Shown: positions 42,089 to 55,000 of the stretch, piece after piece
Layout of the letters: the number at the start of each line of letters is the position of its first letter
How positions within the stretch are numbered: the first letter of the stretch is position 1
DNA from: the human T2T-CHM13v2.0 reference genome, Homo sapiens
Assembly: GCF_009914755.1 (NCBI RefSeq)
Contig: NC_060925.1
Reading direction: 5' to 3' (one strand)
DNA length: 64,000 bases
The notes under the pieces: model-generated
The model's database searches: none
What the model was told of the DNA's origin: nothing
The model's input: the letters and a program-made list of their open reading frames with translations, nothing else
Program-made: the position numbers and the translations under genes

Positions 42089-43494
42089 CACCTCTCTATT
42101 TTATTCCTCTTGTTTACTGTCTCATTGATTTAAACTTGTTTTGTACATGCTAGGTATTTAAATTAAGGGAGAATCTTTCTATAATGATATAATGATATCA
42201 TCCCATAAACAGTGTAACAATGTTTAATGTTATTTGTTAATAGAATTATTTATGCCTATTGATATTGATCCTAATACATTTTTTTCTTACCCAACTCCCC
42301 TTTTAGGACTATTTCAGCCTATTTATGATTCATTTCACCACATTAAATATACTTAGCTGATTTATATTGTGATAAGAAATTCCAAAAATGTTTCTTGTTT
42401 TAAAGCATTTTAAAGCAAAATAACAGCTAAAACACTGTGTCATTTTATTCTTTAAGCATCTGGTTTGAAAAGAATGCAAATACATAAAATACAGTGTTCA
42501 TCTACTACATGCATAGTTAATACTGTGTTGATTAAAGAAAGATAAGAACTAAACTCTTCATAAGTGGACATATGTATATAAAATGTCAAATAAATATGAG
42601 AAATTTAATAACTCAGGACTCTAACACAGCAATGTGGGTACAGACTTCAAATCTCTTTTATAGTCCCTGACATTTTCCCCACTGATTTTCTTTCACTTGG
42701 ATTGAATCCAGCTCTTCACATTTGGAGGCAGAGTTACCATAGAGGGAAGTAACCTACATGTGGAAAGATATTATTTGATTTATATTTAATTTCAAGGATA
42801 TTTAAAAATATCTAGGTTGGGATTCAGTTACAAGATATAGTGAAGGACTTAGAAATTAAATAATTTTTAAAGAACTATCACTGCCTCAATTGTCCTCATC
42901 CAAGAAATAGAGACTCACTGGAAGCTTTATTTAAGGATAATTAAGACAATTGATATGAAAATATCTAAGACTGAAAAATAAATGGTTATATGCAAACCAA
43001 ATGTAGTTGTAGCTAATAATGAACCTCAATATCAAAGATGCATATAGGTTTAGAAAGATGAGTGAGAACAATGAATTGCCTTCTTGTGCCTGGCTGTTTC
43101 TCAGTCTTATTCAGATCTAGTCCAAAGGATACAAAATCATTACTCAAGACAGAGATTTGATTCAGCCTACAAAAATAGATGGCATTTATTGGTGGATATG
43201 TGTAACATATAGGCATACCATGAAAATCCAATAGGCGTGTGGGTACATACTTGTAACACTTCAAGTACATCAACCCATAACTCAGGCCTGAGTCTTTGCT
43301 GGTACTTTACAGGATCAGTCCTGTTCTCCAAAGAGATAGTAAACACCTTAAGGCATTGGACATATGTGATGTTTCCGTCAAAGAATAATCTTAAACATTA
43401 CATGTAAACAATACTTTTTCAAAGAGCAAGGAAGTGTGCAAAAGGTAAAGAGAAATAAAAGTGCAAAACCTTTATCTTTTATATGTTTTGTTAT

Positions 43495-43814
43495 TTTTTC
43501 TTTTTTTTTTTTTTGAGATGGAGTTTAACTCTTGAAAAATGATTGAAACAGACATTTAAAAATGCCTGCAAATTTGGAGTACAATGGTGCGATCTCGGCT
43601 CACTGCAACCTCCGCCTCCCAGGTTCAAGTGACTCTCTTGTTTCAGCCTCCCCAGTAGCTGGGCCACCAGGCACGGCTAATTTTTTATCTTTTTAGTAGA
43701 GACACAGTTTCACCATGTTGGTCAGGCTGGTCCTGAACTCCTGACCTCAGGTGATCTGTCCGCCTCGGCCTCCCAAATTGCTGGGATTACAGACCTGAGC
43801 CACTGCACCTGGCC
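43495..43814 (-). mobile_element. AluS carrying a non-Alu patch at about 43535-43574
   Basis: Alu sequence on both sides of an ~40-nt foreign segment. Confidence 0.9.
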
Positions 43815-44216
43815 TTGTTGTATTCTTATTTACATGTAATGCATGTATCATCTGGAGCGTCCTTGCCTTTTGAAATCTAGATAAGGCAGCCTATGACCCT
43901 AATTCCATCCCTGAATGACAGAAGTCCTCCTTAAGTTTATAAGAATTCTATGCGTATTGATCATTTCGTAGTCGCCCTGACCCTACACTTCTGCTTCTTC
44001 CATTTTGAAGTCTTTCTGGCTTCTGCCAGCACTGCCCTATGTCACCCAGAGGTGAAACTCAGCTAATGCCTCAATTTCAAGAAGTCTTGTTCAAAACAAA
44101 CAAACAAATTGTAGTCGTTAAACCTTATTAAAGATTCGGGGTAAAAGAGGAATTAAATCATTACTTTGCAATTCATAATATCCCTTTAGTTTCCCTATAG
44201 CTAGAGATTTTCATTG

Positions 44217-44262
44217 GCACTCCAATTACCTACCATCTTGCACTCCAATTATCTACCATCTT
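44217..44262. repeat. 23-bp tandem duplication
   Basis: gcactccaattacctaccatctt / gcactccaattatctaccatctt (one mismatch). Confidence 0.9.
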
Positions 44263-44699
44263 CTGTGGCTTCTCTCTTCTTCCTCCTTGCTCTGCTATAA
44301 AGCATATTCACTTTTTTCTATACACCTGACTTTACATGGTCACTTTTTCACAGACATCTCAAAAGTGTATAATATTGCCTTGATTCTTGCCAAAACCTAA
44401 GTCTTATCGAGATATTTTTGTCAATAAAAACAATTCTTTCTATATGAACTCTGCCACAAATTAATAAAATAACAAGTTTACTCCCATTTCATTAATCTCT
44501 CTGTAACACATATAGATTATAATTTCTGTATATTAACTATATCTTAAAATGTAGTTTAAAAATAAAATAAAGCATTATTATTTTTAAAAATGTTAACTTT
44601 AGTCAGTTTCCCAAGATTCAACTGAAAATACCCAGTTTACTTCTATAGATTCCACAGTTGTAGATTCTACCTTTTTAATGTGAGAAAATACAAATCTAC

Positions 44700-45400
44700 T
44701 CATACTCTAAAACCAATTGCTGTCCACCAAGAAGTAGAAAGAGAGAAAGGCATTCCCCTTTCCTTTAAAAATACACTAAGACACTCTTTGGTACGATCCT
44801 TCCACAATAACTCTAGATTGACCTATTGGTTTTCTTCGGCCAAATACTAGCACATATAATGCTTGCAAATATGATTCAAACAGACAATTTAAAATGCCTG
44901 CAAATTTAGAGTTCATTCTTTCTTGCTGGGCTTGGAACTCTGAGATCACCTTGTGAGCAAGCTCATGCTATCCTGCTGGAATATTAGAGGTTGGATGGCA
45001 GAGAACTGAGGTGCCCCAGCTAATAATTGCTCCTACTGTCCCAGTGAACAGCCAGCTTGCCAACCACCACATATGAGAGTGAGGTCTTCCTATCTAACTG
45101 CTGCTTGACCAGCTAGCTAATCACAGACAAATGAGAGAGCCCAGAAGAGGTTGGACAAGCCAGTGCACACCAGCACTGAGCCAAACCATAGAATCCTAAA
45201 TAAATACGCAATTTTTATTGTTTTTAGCCACTAACTTAAACAGCAAACGTTAATAGATAAAATATCATTGACCAGAACTTAAACCACATTTCTACACCTA
45301 GCTGCCAAGGAGACTGAGAAATGTAGTTTATTCTCTATGATCATGTGATCAACTACTTCTGAGCTTTCTTTTACTAACATGGAAGGAAATACAGATAAAG
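44700..45400. mobile_element. Nested old MLT1 LTR remnants
   Basis: gagaactgaggtgccccagc...ttttagccactaa and ctagctgccaaggagactgagaaatgtagttt motifs. Confidence 0.5.
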
Positions 45401-45679
45401 CAGTACAATTACTATCTCTGATAACAAACAAATATCTATTCACAGTTCAAGCCATGGAGATTCTCCTGCTCTTTATGGCTTAAAATGCAATCTTGGTCTT
45501 ATAAATTTGGGTCTTGCCTGAATCACAATTTTGGCCTTAACATGCTTTCAGCCACAAGAGCAGAGAAAAGAAATGATCATCCCCATGAGATGCAGTTAGA
45601 AACTCAGAAATAGCTTTCATTAGCCTGGCTTGGGTCTTCCCTTCTTTTGCTAGTTTTGTAAAGTAGAAGATATTTCTTT

Positions 45680-48600
45680 GAAATCTTCATCCTTTCCTAG
45701 CATAGGCATTTAGTGCTATTAATATACTACTAAGTCCTGCCATATTGGGTATCTCACAATTTTGTTATGCTGTGTTTTCATTTTCATTCAGTTCAAAATA
45801 CTTCTTAATTCCTCTTTGGGTTTCCTCTTCTAATCTTGGATTATTTAGAATTTTGTTAGTTAGTTTCCAAATATTTAGAGTAATTCCAGGTTATTTTGTT
45901 ATTGATTTCTAATTTAATTTAACTGCAGCCCCATAATGTACTTTATATGATTTGAATTCTTTTAAATCTATTGAGGCTTGTGTTATGGTTCAGAATTTGA
46001 TTTATTTTGGTAGATGTTTTGTGTAGGCCTGAAAAGTAGGTGTAGTTTGCTGCTCTGTTGGGTTGAATGTTCCATAACTGGCCATTGGGTCAAGTTGGTT
46101 GACAGTGTTGTTCTAATCTATAGATTTACTTATTTCCTGTCAGTTTGTTCTATTAATTATTGAGAGAAGGGTATTGAAATTTTTGCCGACAAATGTGGAT
46201 TTTACTTTCTCCTTCAGTTACGTTAGTTTTTGCTCTGTGCATTTTGAAGCTCTGCTGTTGGTACAGAAATATTAAGAATTGTTATGTCCTATTGACAAAA
46301 TGACTCCTTTTGCAAAATGAAATTACTTTCTTCATCCTGGGCAATATTTTATCTTGGACAAAATTTCTAAAAATTCATGTTTTCTCATATTAATAAAGTC
46401 ACCCTAGATTTCTTATGATTAGTGTTCACAAGATTTATCTTTTCCAACATTTACTTTTAACCTAGTTGTGTCTTATACTTAAATATCTTTTCTGTAAGCA
46501 GCATATAGTTAAGTTGTACTTTTTCCTTTTTTAACCAATCTTCCAGTCTGTATATTTTAAGTGGAGTATTTAGAATATGTAAATTTAGCATTATTATTGA
46601 TATGATTATGTTTAAATCTATTATCTTGATATTTCCTATTTGTCCCATCTGCTTGGGATTTCTTTTTTCCTTTTTTTTTTTTTTTTGCCTGTTTTGTGTT
46701 ATTTTATATTTCTTTATGATTCAAATTATCTCCATGTTGGTTTATTAGTTATAACTCTTTGTTTTATGATTTTAGTGGTTTTTATCCTACATCTTTATCA
46801 CAGCCTAGCTTTAAGTGACAGACTACTTCAAATAGAGTATAAGGATCTTACAACGGTATACAATTGTCCCTTGAACAACATGGGTTATCACTGCATGAGT
46901 CTACTTATAAAAGAATCTTCTTCCACCTCTGCCAGCCATGAGGCCACAAGACCAATCTCTCCTCTTCCTCTTATTCCTCCTCCTCATCTTACTCAAAGTG
47001 AAGATGAAGAGGACAAAGATCTTTATGATCCACTTTCACTTAACAAATAGTAAATACATTTTCTCTTTCTTATGATTGTCCTAAAGATTCTCTTTTCTCT
47101 AGATTACTTTATGGTAAGAATACAGTAAATAATATATACAAAATAAATGTTAATTGACTGTTCATGTTATCAGTAAGGTTTTTGGTCAATGGTAGGCCAT
47201 TAGTAGTTAAGCTTTTGGAGAGTCAAAATTAAACTTGAATTTTTGACTGTGCAGGGAATCAGTGCCCCTAACTCCCATGTCGTTCAAGGGTCAAGGGTAC
47301 TTCCTTTTCCCCCTCTTAATTATTGTGTTATTACTGCCAAACATTTTACTTACACATGTTATAAAACTTTTACTATATTATTATTATTTTTTAAACTGTC
47401 AACTATATTTAAAGAAAATTAAATCATTAGAAAAATACCCTCCGTATTTACCAATGCAGTTGCCATTTTGGGTGCTCTTTGTTTCTTTGTGCAGATCCAT
47501 ATTTCCATATGATACCATTTTATTTCCTACTGAAGGACTTCTTTTTAATGTGTCTTATAGTATAGGTTTCTGTGTGATGAACTCTTTCATTATATGTATT
47601 GCAAATAGTTTTTATTTCACCTTCATCTTAGATATCTTTACTAGATATAGAATCATAAGTGCACTATTTATTTTCTTTCATAGTTATAAGAATGTTGCCC
47701 CACTGTCTTCTTCTTTGCATTATTTTGGATAGGAAATCTGTTGTCATTCTTACTGTTTTGCCTTTGTATTTAACACGTCTTTTTCCTCTGGCTGCTGTAG
47801 TATTTTATTTTATCATTAAAAATTTATCACTAGCTTTGAGCAATTCAATTATAATATGCCTTTTGTGATTTCCTTCATGTTACTTATTTTTTAGTTTTCT
47901 TGAGATTCATGGGTTTGTGGCTTTATGGTTTTCAGTGTACTGTACTTGGAATTTTTCAGCCATAAATTATTTGAATATTTTTTATATTCCCACCTCCACC
48001 CCACCATTCCTTTAGGGACTCCAATTACACATATACCAAGCCTCTAAAAGTTGTCCCACAGCTCACAAATGCTGTTTTCATTTTTACAAATGCTCTTTCA
48101 ACTCTGTTTCATTTTGGATAGGTTATATTGCTATGACTTCAAGTTCACTAATTTTTTATATATAACATAAATGTTTTATGTTTAATGTATAATCAATTAT
48201 ATCCAGTGTATTTTCATTCCATACAGTGTAGGTTTTTCTCTGGAATTTTGATCTGTGGGGTTATTTAGTACCTTCCATATTTTTATGTAGCTTTTAAACT
48301 ATGTAGAGTTGTAATATCTGTTTCAACATACTGGCCTGATAATTCTAACATTTCTCACAATTCTGGATCAATTTTGATTGATGCATTTACATCCTCATTA
48401 TAAGTTGTACTTTCCTGCTTCTTTACATGCCTGATAATCTTTGATTTGGTGCCAGAGACTGTGAATTTTTTCTTGTTAGGTACTACATATTTCAGTGTTC
48501 TTACAAATATATTTGTGTTTTGTTCTTGGATGCAGTTAAATTACTTGGAAACAGTTCCTTTTGAGTCTTGCTCTTAAGATTTATTAGGTGGTATTGAAGT

Positions 48601-49160
48601 AGTTATCAGCCTAGGGCTATTCTCCACTGTTGAGGCTAGACCCTTTTGTGTACTCTTATCAAATATCCCACGAATCATAAATTTTCTCGCCAGTTCAGCT
48701 AGTGGAAATAGGCACATACCCAGCATTACATGAGTGTTAATTATTGTTACTTTTAATAATTGAAAGTTGTGCTTTCTGCAGCCTCATACATGCAGTGAAC
48801 CGTAGTAAAGTGAATTCTTAAGGAAGATGCTCTGTAGATCTGTGAAATTATCTCTGTGTTCCTCTATCTGCTCTCTGCAAACTCTAACTACTTTGAATTC
48901 CTGAAACACTTGGCTATATCTCTTCAATTTGGAGAACTCTCTGAGCTCCATCTGGGATTTCTCTCCCTAAATCGTGGTCTAGAAATACTCTGTAAGCAGT
49001 AATCCGGGTCAATTGTAAGATTCACATAATTTATTTCCTATTTCTCAGCAAACATTGTCCTCATTGCCTGATGTCCAACATCTAGCAAACAATTATTTAA
49101 TACATTTTGTCCATATTTTTATCATTTCAAGCAGGAGGATAAATTCTATCACAATGTTCA
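45680..49160 (-). mobile_element. Old L1M (ORF2 5' part, ORF1 and 5' region), sense to USH2A
   Basis: Antisense L1 motifs (tcattcagttcaaaatactt, gggtcaagttggttgacagtgttgttc, aggaaatctgttgtcattctt, tcaagttcactaatt). Confidence 0.7.
46861..47297. mobile_element. Tigger2a/MER28 (TcMar-Tigger) inserted in the L1
   Basis: TIRs caattgtcccttgaacaac / gtcgttcaagggtcaaggg flanked by TA; 437 bp. Confidence 0.85.
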
Positions 49161-50099
49161 GTCAAAGTAAAGTCTCAAAAAGACATTTGGACCTGACAAA
49201 ACAACTATAAACTCAATTTAAGAGAAAACTAGTTGACAACATTCAGAGAGAATTTTCAGGAGCTGCATCATAGACAGAGCTGCATTGGGAAACATTTATT
49301 CAGCTGTTTAACATAGCTCCAAGCTCTCAACCCAAATAACATAGAGCTCCAAAGAAGTTTGGCAGTGATACCTATGCTTACTATACCAGGGAAATGGAAA
49401 ACCATGGATCAAAAACCTCATGCCATCCTTCAACTGTTCCTGTTAAGCAGCCAAAATTGGAATCCTGAAACTTCAATCCCCTCATCAGCACTACACTTTC
49501 TTACAAACTCCAAAACATAGCAGAATTTGGATGGAGATTAGCAGAGGTGAAATGCACACTGCGATGTTTAGAAGCTTAAGAAATAGCATTATAAACAGGA
49601 GCAAAATTTAGAAACATACTGGTTGCTGCACATGTGGTTGGGAGCAAAGGAAGGGAAAAAAAGATGTGTTTTAATGTAGTAACTACTCAAATAACTGAAA
49701 TCTATGGTCTGTAGCTTTATAACTGTCAATTGAAATGGAATATTTCATCTCGGTCTAGGTTACCACTAGAAGATGTTGCTGCCAAATACAGTAAATTAAA
49801 TTATAATGAAGCTGATCTGTAGGTATATATCCTATTGTGATCAAGAGCCAGTTCCCAGGAAGACAAAACTAAGGGATAAGTATATTGTACACATTCTGCT
49901 TTCTGACAAAGGATCCAACTTATTAGAATTGATGCATTCAAAGATTAATAAAATTAAGACACGATTTATCCATGAGGAATACTAGGGCAGAATAAGTAAA
50001 AATTATAATAAATTTATTTTCTTGCTCAAGAAAAAGGATACAGGTGTTAACTAAGACTGCCCATTGTCAGAAAAATATGCATCTGAATACATTTACTAA

Positions 50100-50682
50100 A
50101 ATATAAAATTTTTGGTAAAATTTAGATTAAGCACATGTATTTTCCTCTTTTTCTCACTACTTTAAAATAACAGCAATTTTAACAAGTAAAACCCATAATT
50201 TTAATGAGACCAGCAGAGAAAACAATAATGGAGAAATATATTTTTCAAAAATTTCAAAGACGAAAAATGAAATGAAGAAATATAAATAAATATTGGCAAC
50301 GTTCTTGACTAATCAGAGAAACTGCAGTACGAGTGCAGGCTGATTTGGATTCCTAAAGCAAGAGGATCGATTTAAAAAAGAGTTAATAGTAAGAGATGAA
50401 AACAATTACCAATTTTTGATAAAGTTCAGATCAAGCATGTGCCTTTTCCTCTTTTTCTTGATACTTCAATTAAAAAAATAGGAATTTTAAAAAATATAAC
50501 CCATAATTTTAATGAGGCCAGCAGAGAAATCAATAGGGAAGAAATACATTTTACAAAAATTTTGAAGACAGAAAATGAAATTAAGAAATAGAAATAAATA
50601 TTGACAACATTCTTGAATAATCAGAGAAGTTACAGCTTGAGTGCTAGCTGAATTGGATTCCTAAAACATGAAAACTGATTTT
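50100..50682. repeat. Ancient tandem duplication with a 308-bp period
   Basis: acccataattttaatgag at 50191 and 50499, with colinear similarity over ~270 bp, roughly 80% by eye. Confidence 0.88.
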
Positions 50683-50768
50683 TCCTATAGAATCTTTGAG
50701 AGCCTTAAGACTTGAAGATAATGAAACATTGAGAGAAGTAAGAGGACACACACAGGTCTAAAGTTAAA

Positions 50769-50965
50769 CAATGGTTCTCAGCTAAGGAAGATTTTGTCCC
50801 CAGAGGAACTTTCTGGTTGTCCCAGTGAGGGGAGGAGTTCTACTGGCATGTAGTATACTGATATGTAGCCAGGGATTCTGCTAAACATCCTGCAATGCAC
50901 ATATCCATCCCTCACAACAAATTACCCAGCCCAGAATAGCCATAGTGCCAAGGTTGAGAATCATG
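50769..50965 (+). mobile_element. MER20
   Basis: caatggttctcag...tactggcatgtagt...ctgctaaacatcctgcaatgcac...gtgccaaggttgagaatcatg. Confidence 0.8.
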
Positions 50966-51683
50966 AATTAGAGGTATTCCACATAGAAAGTATTTAGATT
51001 TTCAGGTCCCCTTTTCAACCCCACTCAGCCAGCCAAACTAATCCTACTCCACAGTGACATCAGTCTTATTGTCAAGAATAATTGAAATTAACCAGCTCCA
51101 TTATATTGGAACATCAACAACTTGTTATTGGAAGAGGCACAAGGTAGACATGAAAGGATTAAGTGAAAGTCTGTATACACTGCCTCTCCCCTTTACCACC
51201 ACAACTCCCCTTCTACACAGTTTAAAGAAAGCCGGGAGCCAGAGTTATTTTCCATAAAGAGGAAACTGGCAGAAAAATACTACAAAGATAAGAACTCTAG
51301 AACTAATATTTGAGCTTTTAACCTCTGCAAAGTAAAGCTGTATTGCTGCTCATAAACATGAGTAAAGGCCATTTTGGAAATGTTTTACCATTTCTCTACA
51401 GAATAAAGCAGATGGCAAAATTCATCAAATGTGCAAAATATACAATGTGAATGACAGAAACAAAAATAAAGGAGGAGGATGAAAAATGATAATCCAGATG
51501 AGGAAACAAACAATGCAGGGAATTAGAGATGGAAGAAATCATCAACTAATAACAATTTAATAAAATATCTCTGTTATCCCCAGAAGATAAAAGTTGCATT
51601 CATTAAAAAATATAGAAACAAAAAAAAGCCTAAAAGAATAAACAATTGGTGAAAGAAAGAATTCTTAAATATTAAAAATATAC

Positions 51684-51815
51684 AGCCAGGCATAGTGGCA
51701 TGTGCTTGTAGTCCCAGCTACTCAGGAGGCTTAGGTAGAAGTATTGTTAGAGCCCAGGAGTTTGAGTCCAGCCTAGACAATATACTAAGATTCTATATCC
51801 AAAAAAAAAAAAAAA
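51684..51815 (+). mobile_element. FLAM (Alu monomer)
   Basis: Single-arm Alu-like sequence with an A tail. Confidence 0.8.
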
Positions 51816-52010
51816 GGCTGGAAAAAAATCTCAACTAAAAGATTAGAAGAGAAAGATAAGAAAATACATCAGAAAGGCTAACAATAATAATGAGATGAAA
51901 ACAAATTTTCAGAAATACACCAAAAGGAAAAAAAATTAAAGGAATAAGTTAATAAAGAATTAGTATAAAATACACATTTTCCAGACATGAAACCATAGTT
52001 TTAAAAGGCT

Positions 52011-55000
52011 TAATGGCTGGCAAACCAACATGTGCCTATGCCCCTAAACTGAGAAACGACCCAACAGCCTCACTCCTGGTGAACCAGTTCCAGAACCAGC
52101 TGATCCACTGAACACTCATGCCCCCGGCCTGAGAAACAGCCCACGGCTTCACCCAAAGCAAGCCAGTTCCTAAGCTAGGTGACCCATCACATGCACAAAC
52201 ATGCCTCCATCCTGATAACTCACTCAATAAGCCTGATTCCAGTAAAGTCATGTCACTGCTGCCACAAACTCCCACAGGTTAGGTCAGTGAAGCATTCACA
52301 AACATTACTGACATGGATTACAGTTGAAGAAACTTCACAGAGACTACACTACTGTGCCCACTCAGGACCCAAGTTATCACCCTCTACTTAACACTCTAGA
52401 ACTTATCTACAGGAGTAAATCTTTCCCTATAAGCGCTAGTCCATAACATTAAAAGAAGCAATTACTTTACCAGATGTGCAGGTATCAATGTAGGAACACA
52501 AGAAACATGAAAAAGCAAGAAAACATGACACTACCAAAGGAACACAATAATCCTCTAGTAACAGACCCCAAAGTAAAAGAGATTTTCAAAATGCCAGAAA
52601 AGGAGTTCAAAATAATGATGTTAAGGAAACTCAGCAAGATAGAAGAAAATACAGATATGCAACTGAAAAAAATCAGGAAAAGAATTCATGATCTAAATCA
52701 GAAATTCAACAAGAAATTGGTATCATAAAAATGAACCAAACAGAAATATTGGAGCTGAGCAATTTAGTTAATGAAATAAAAATACAATCAAGAGTTTTGA
52801 CAACAGGCTAGATCAAGCAGAAAAAAATGATTTATGAACTCAAAGACAGGTCTATTGAAATAACTCAAGCAGACAGAAAGAAAAAGAAAACAGAATAAGA
52901 AAGAATAAAGAAAGCCTACAGGACTTGTGGGACACCATTAAGCAAACAGCTATTCATACTGTGGGAGCTTAGAAAGACAAGATGACAAAAAGGGTAATAA
53001 AAACTTATTAATGAAATACTAACTTAAAACTTCCTAAGTCTTGGGACAGACATAGATACCCAGATCCAGGAAGCTCAAAAGTTCCCAAATGTATTTAACT
53101 AGAAAGGTCCTCTGCAAGGCACAATATAGAAATAAAAAAGATCAGAGAAGAAGGATATAAAATTGAGACCAAAAACAATACAAAAGCTCAACAAAACAAA
53201 AAGTTGATATTTTGAAAGATAATATTGACAAACCATTAGCTAGACTGAGAAAAAAAGAAAAAAGACTCAAATAAAATCAGAAATGAAAAAGGAGACACTA
53301 CAACTGAAACCACAAAAATACAGTTGATCATTGGAGACTATTATGAATAACTATATGCCAACAAATTGAAAAACCTAGAAGAAATGGATAAATTTGTGGA
53401 TACATACAACTGGCCAAAATTGAACCAAGGAGGAATAGAACACTGAACAGAACACTCACAAGTAATGAGATTGATTCAGTAATTAAGAGTCTCCCAACAA
53501 AGAAAAGTCCAGGATCAATGGCTTCACTGCTGAAATCTACCAAACTTTAATAGAAGAACTAATACCATTTTTTCTTAAACTATTCCAAAAAATTGAAGGA
53601 GAGGAAATTCTTCTAAACTAATTTTATAAGGCCAGCATTACCCTGATAGCAAAACCAAATATGCAACAGCAAAAACTACAGGCCAATATTCCTGATGACC
53701 ATAGTTGCAAAGATCATCAATAAAATACTGGCAGACCGAATCCAACAGCACATCAAAAATATTACATACCAGGATCAAGTGTGATTTATACCAAGGATGT
53801 AGGAATGATTCAATATGAGCAAATTGAATAAATGGGATAAATAAAAGTATATCAACAGAATGAAGGACAAACCATATGACCATCTCAAAAGACAGAAACA
53901 GCATTTGATGAAATTCAACATCCCTTTATGCTAAAAACTGTCAGCAAATTAGTATGGAAGAAATGTACCTCAATAATAAAGGCCATATATGACAAACCTA
54001 CAACCAACATCTTATTAAACGGAGAAAAGGTGAAAACTTTTCTTCTAGGAACTGGAACATGATGGTGATGCCCACTTTCACTACTCTTTATTCAACCTAG
54101 AACTAGAAATTCCTAGCCAGAGCAATTAGGCAAGAGACAGAAATAACAGGAATACAAATTGGAGAGGAGGAAGTCAACTAGTTCTGGTTTACAGATGACA
54201 GGATCTTATATGTAATAAAAACTAAGCACTCCACCAAAAAACTCTTAGAAGTGATAAACTAAACGAATAAAGTTGCAGGATATCAAATCAATATATAAAA
54301 ATTAGTAGCATTCCTATACAACAAGCACAAACTAGGTAAAAATGAAATCTCACTTACGATAGCTAAAAAAACAAAAATACTGAGGAATAAATGTAACCAA
54401 AGGGTAAAAGTTCTGTACAAGGAAAACTATAAAACTTATAATAGAAATTAAAGAGGACACATAAGAAAATGGAAAGGCATCCCATGATCATGGATTAGAG
54501 GAACTAATATTATAAAAATGACTGTATTATCAAAAGCAATCTACAGATTCAATATGATTCCTATCAAAATACTAATGATATTCTTCACAGAAATAGAAGA
54601 AAAAATTCTTTAAATTCCCATGGAACCATAAAGACCCAGAATAGACAAAGCAATTTTTTTTTTTTTGAGGTGGGGTCTCTCTCTGTCACCCAGGCTGGAG
54701 TGCAATGGCACAGTCTTGGCTCACTGCAACCTCCACCTCCTGGGTTCAAGTAGTTCTCCTGCCTCAGCCTCCTGAGTAGCTGAGATTACAGGTGCCCGCC
54801 ACCATGCTCCGCTAATTTTTGAATTTTTAGTAGAGACAGTCTTTCGCCATGTTGGTCAGGCTGGTCTCGAACTCCTGACTTCAAGTGATCTGTCCAACTC
54901 AGCCTCCCAAAGTGCTGGGATTACAGGCGTGAGCCACCCCACTGAGCTAGACAAATCAATCTTGAGACAAAGTCACCTGTTCAAAAAGAGCAAGACTGAG

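Noticed and set aside
46640-47868. 136-, 156- and 69-aa hydrophobic ORFs
   Set aside because: T-rich antisense L1 and Tigger2a sequence read by chance
53110-53145. L1 ORF1-to-ORF2 jump as a spliced L1 RNA
   Set aside because: From the recalled consensus, a GT-AG splice would not keep the G seen at the junction. A 2-bp AG microhomology deletion fits better.
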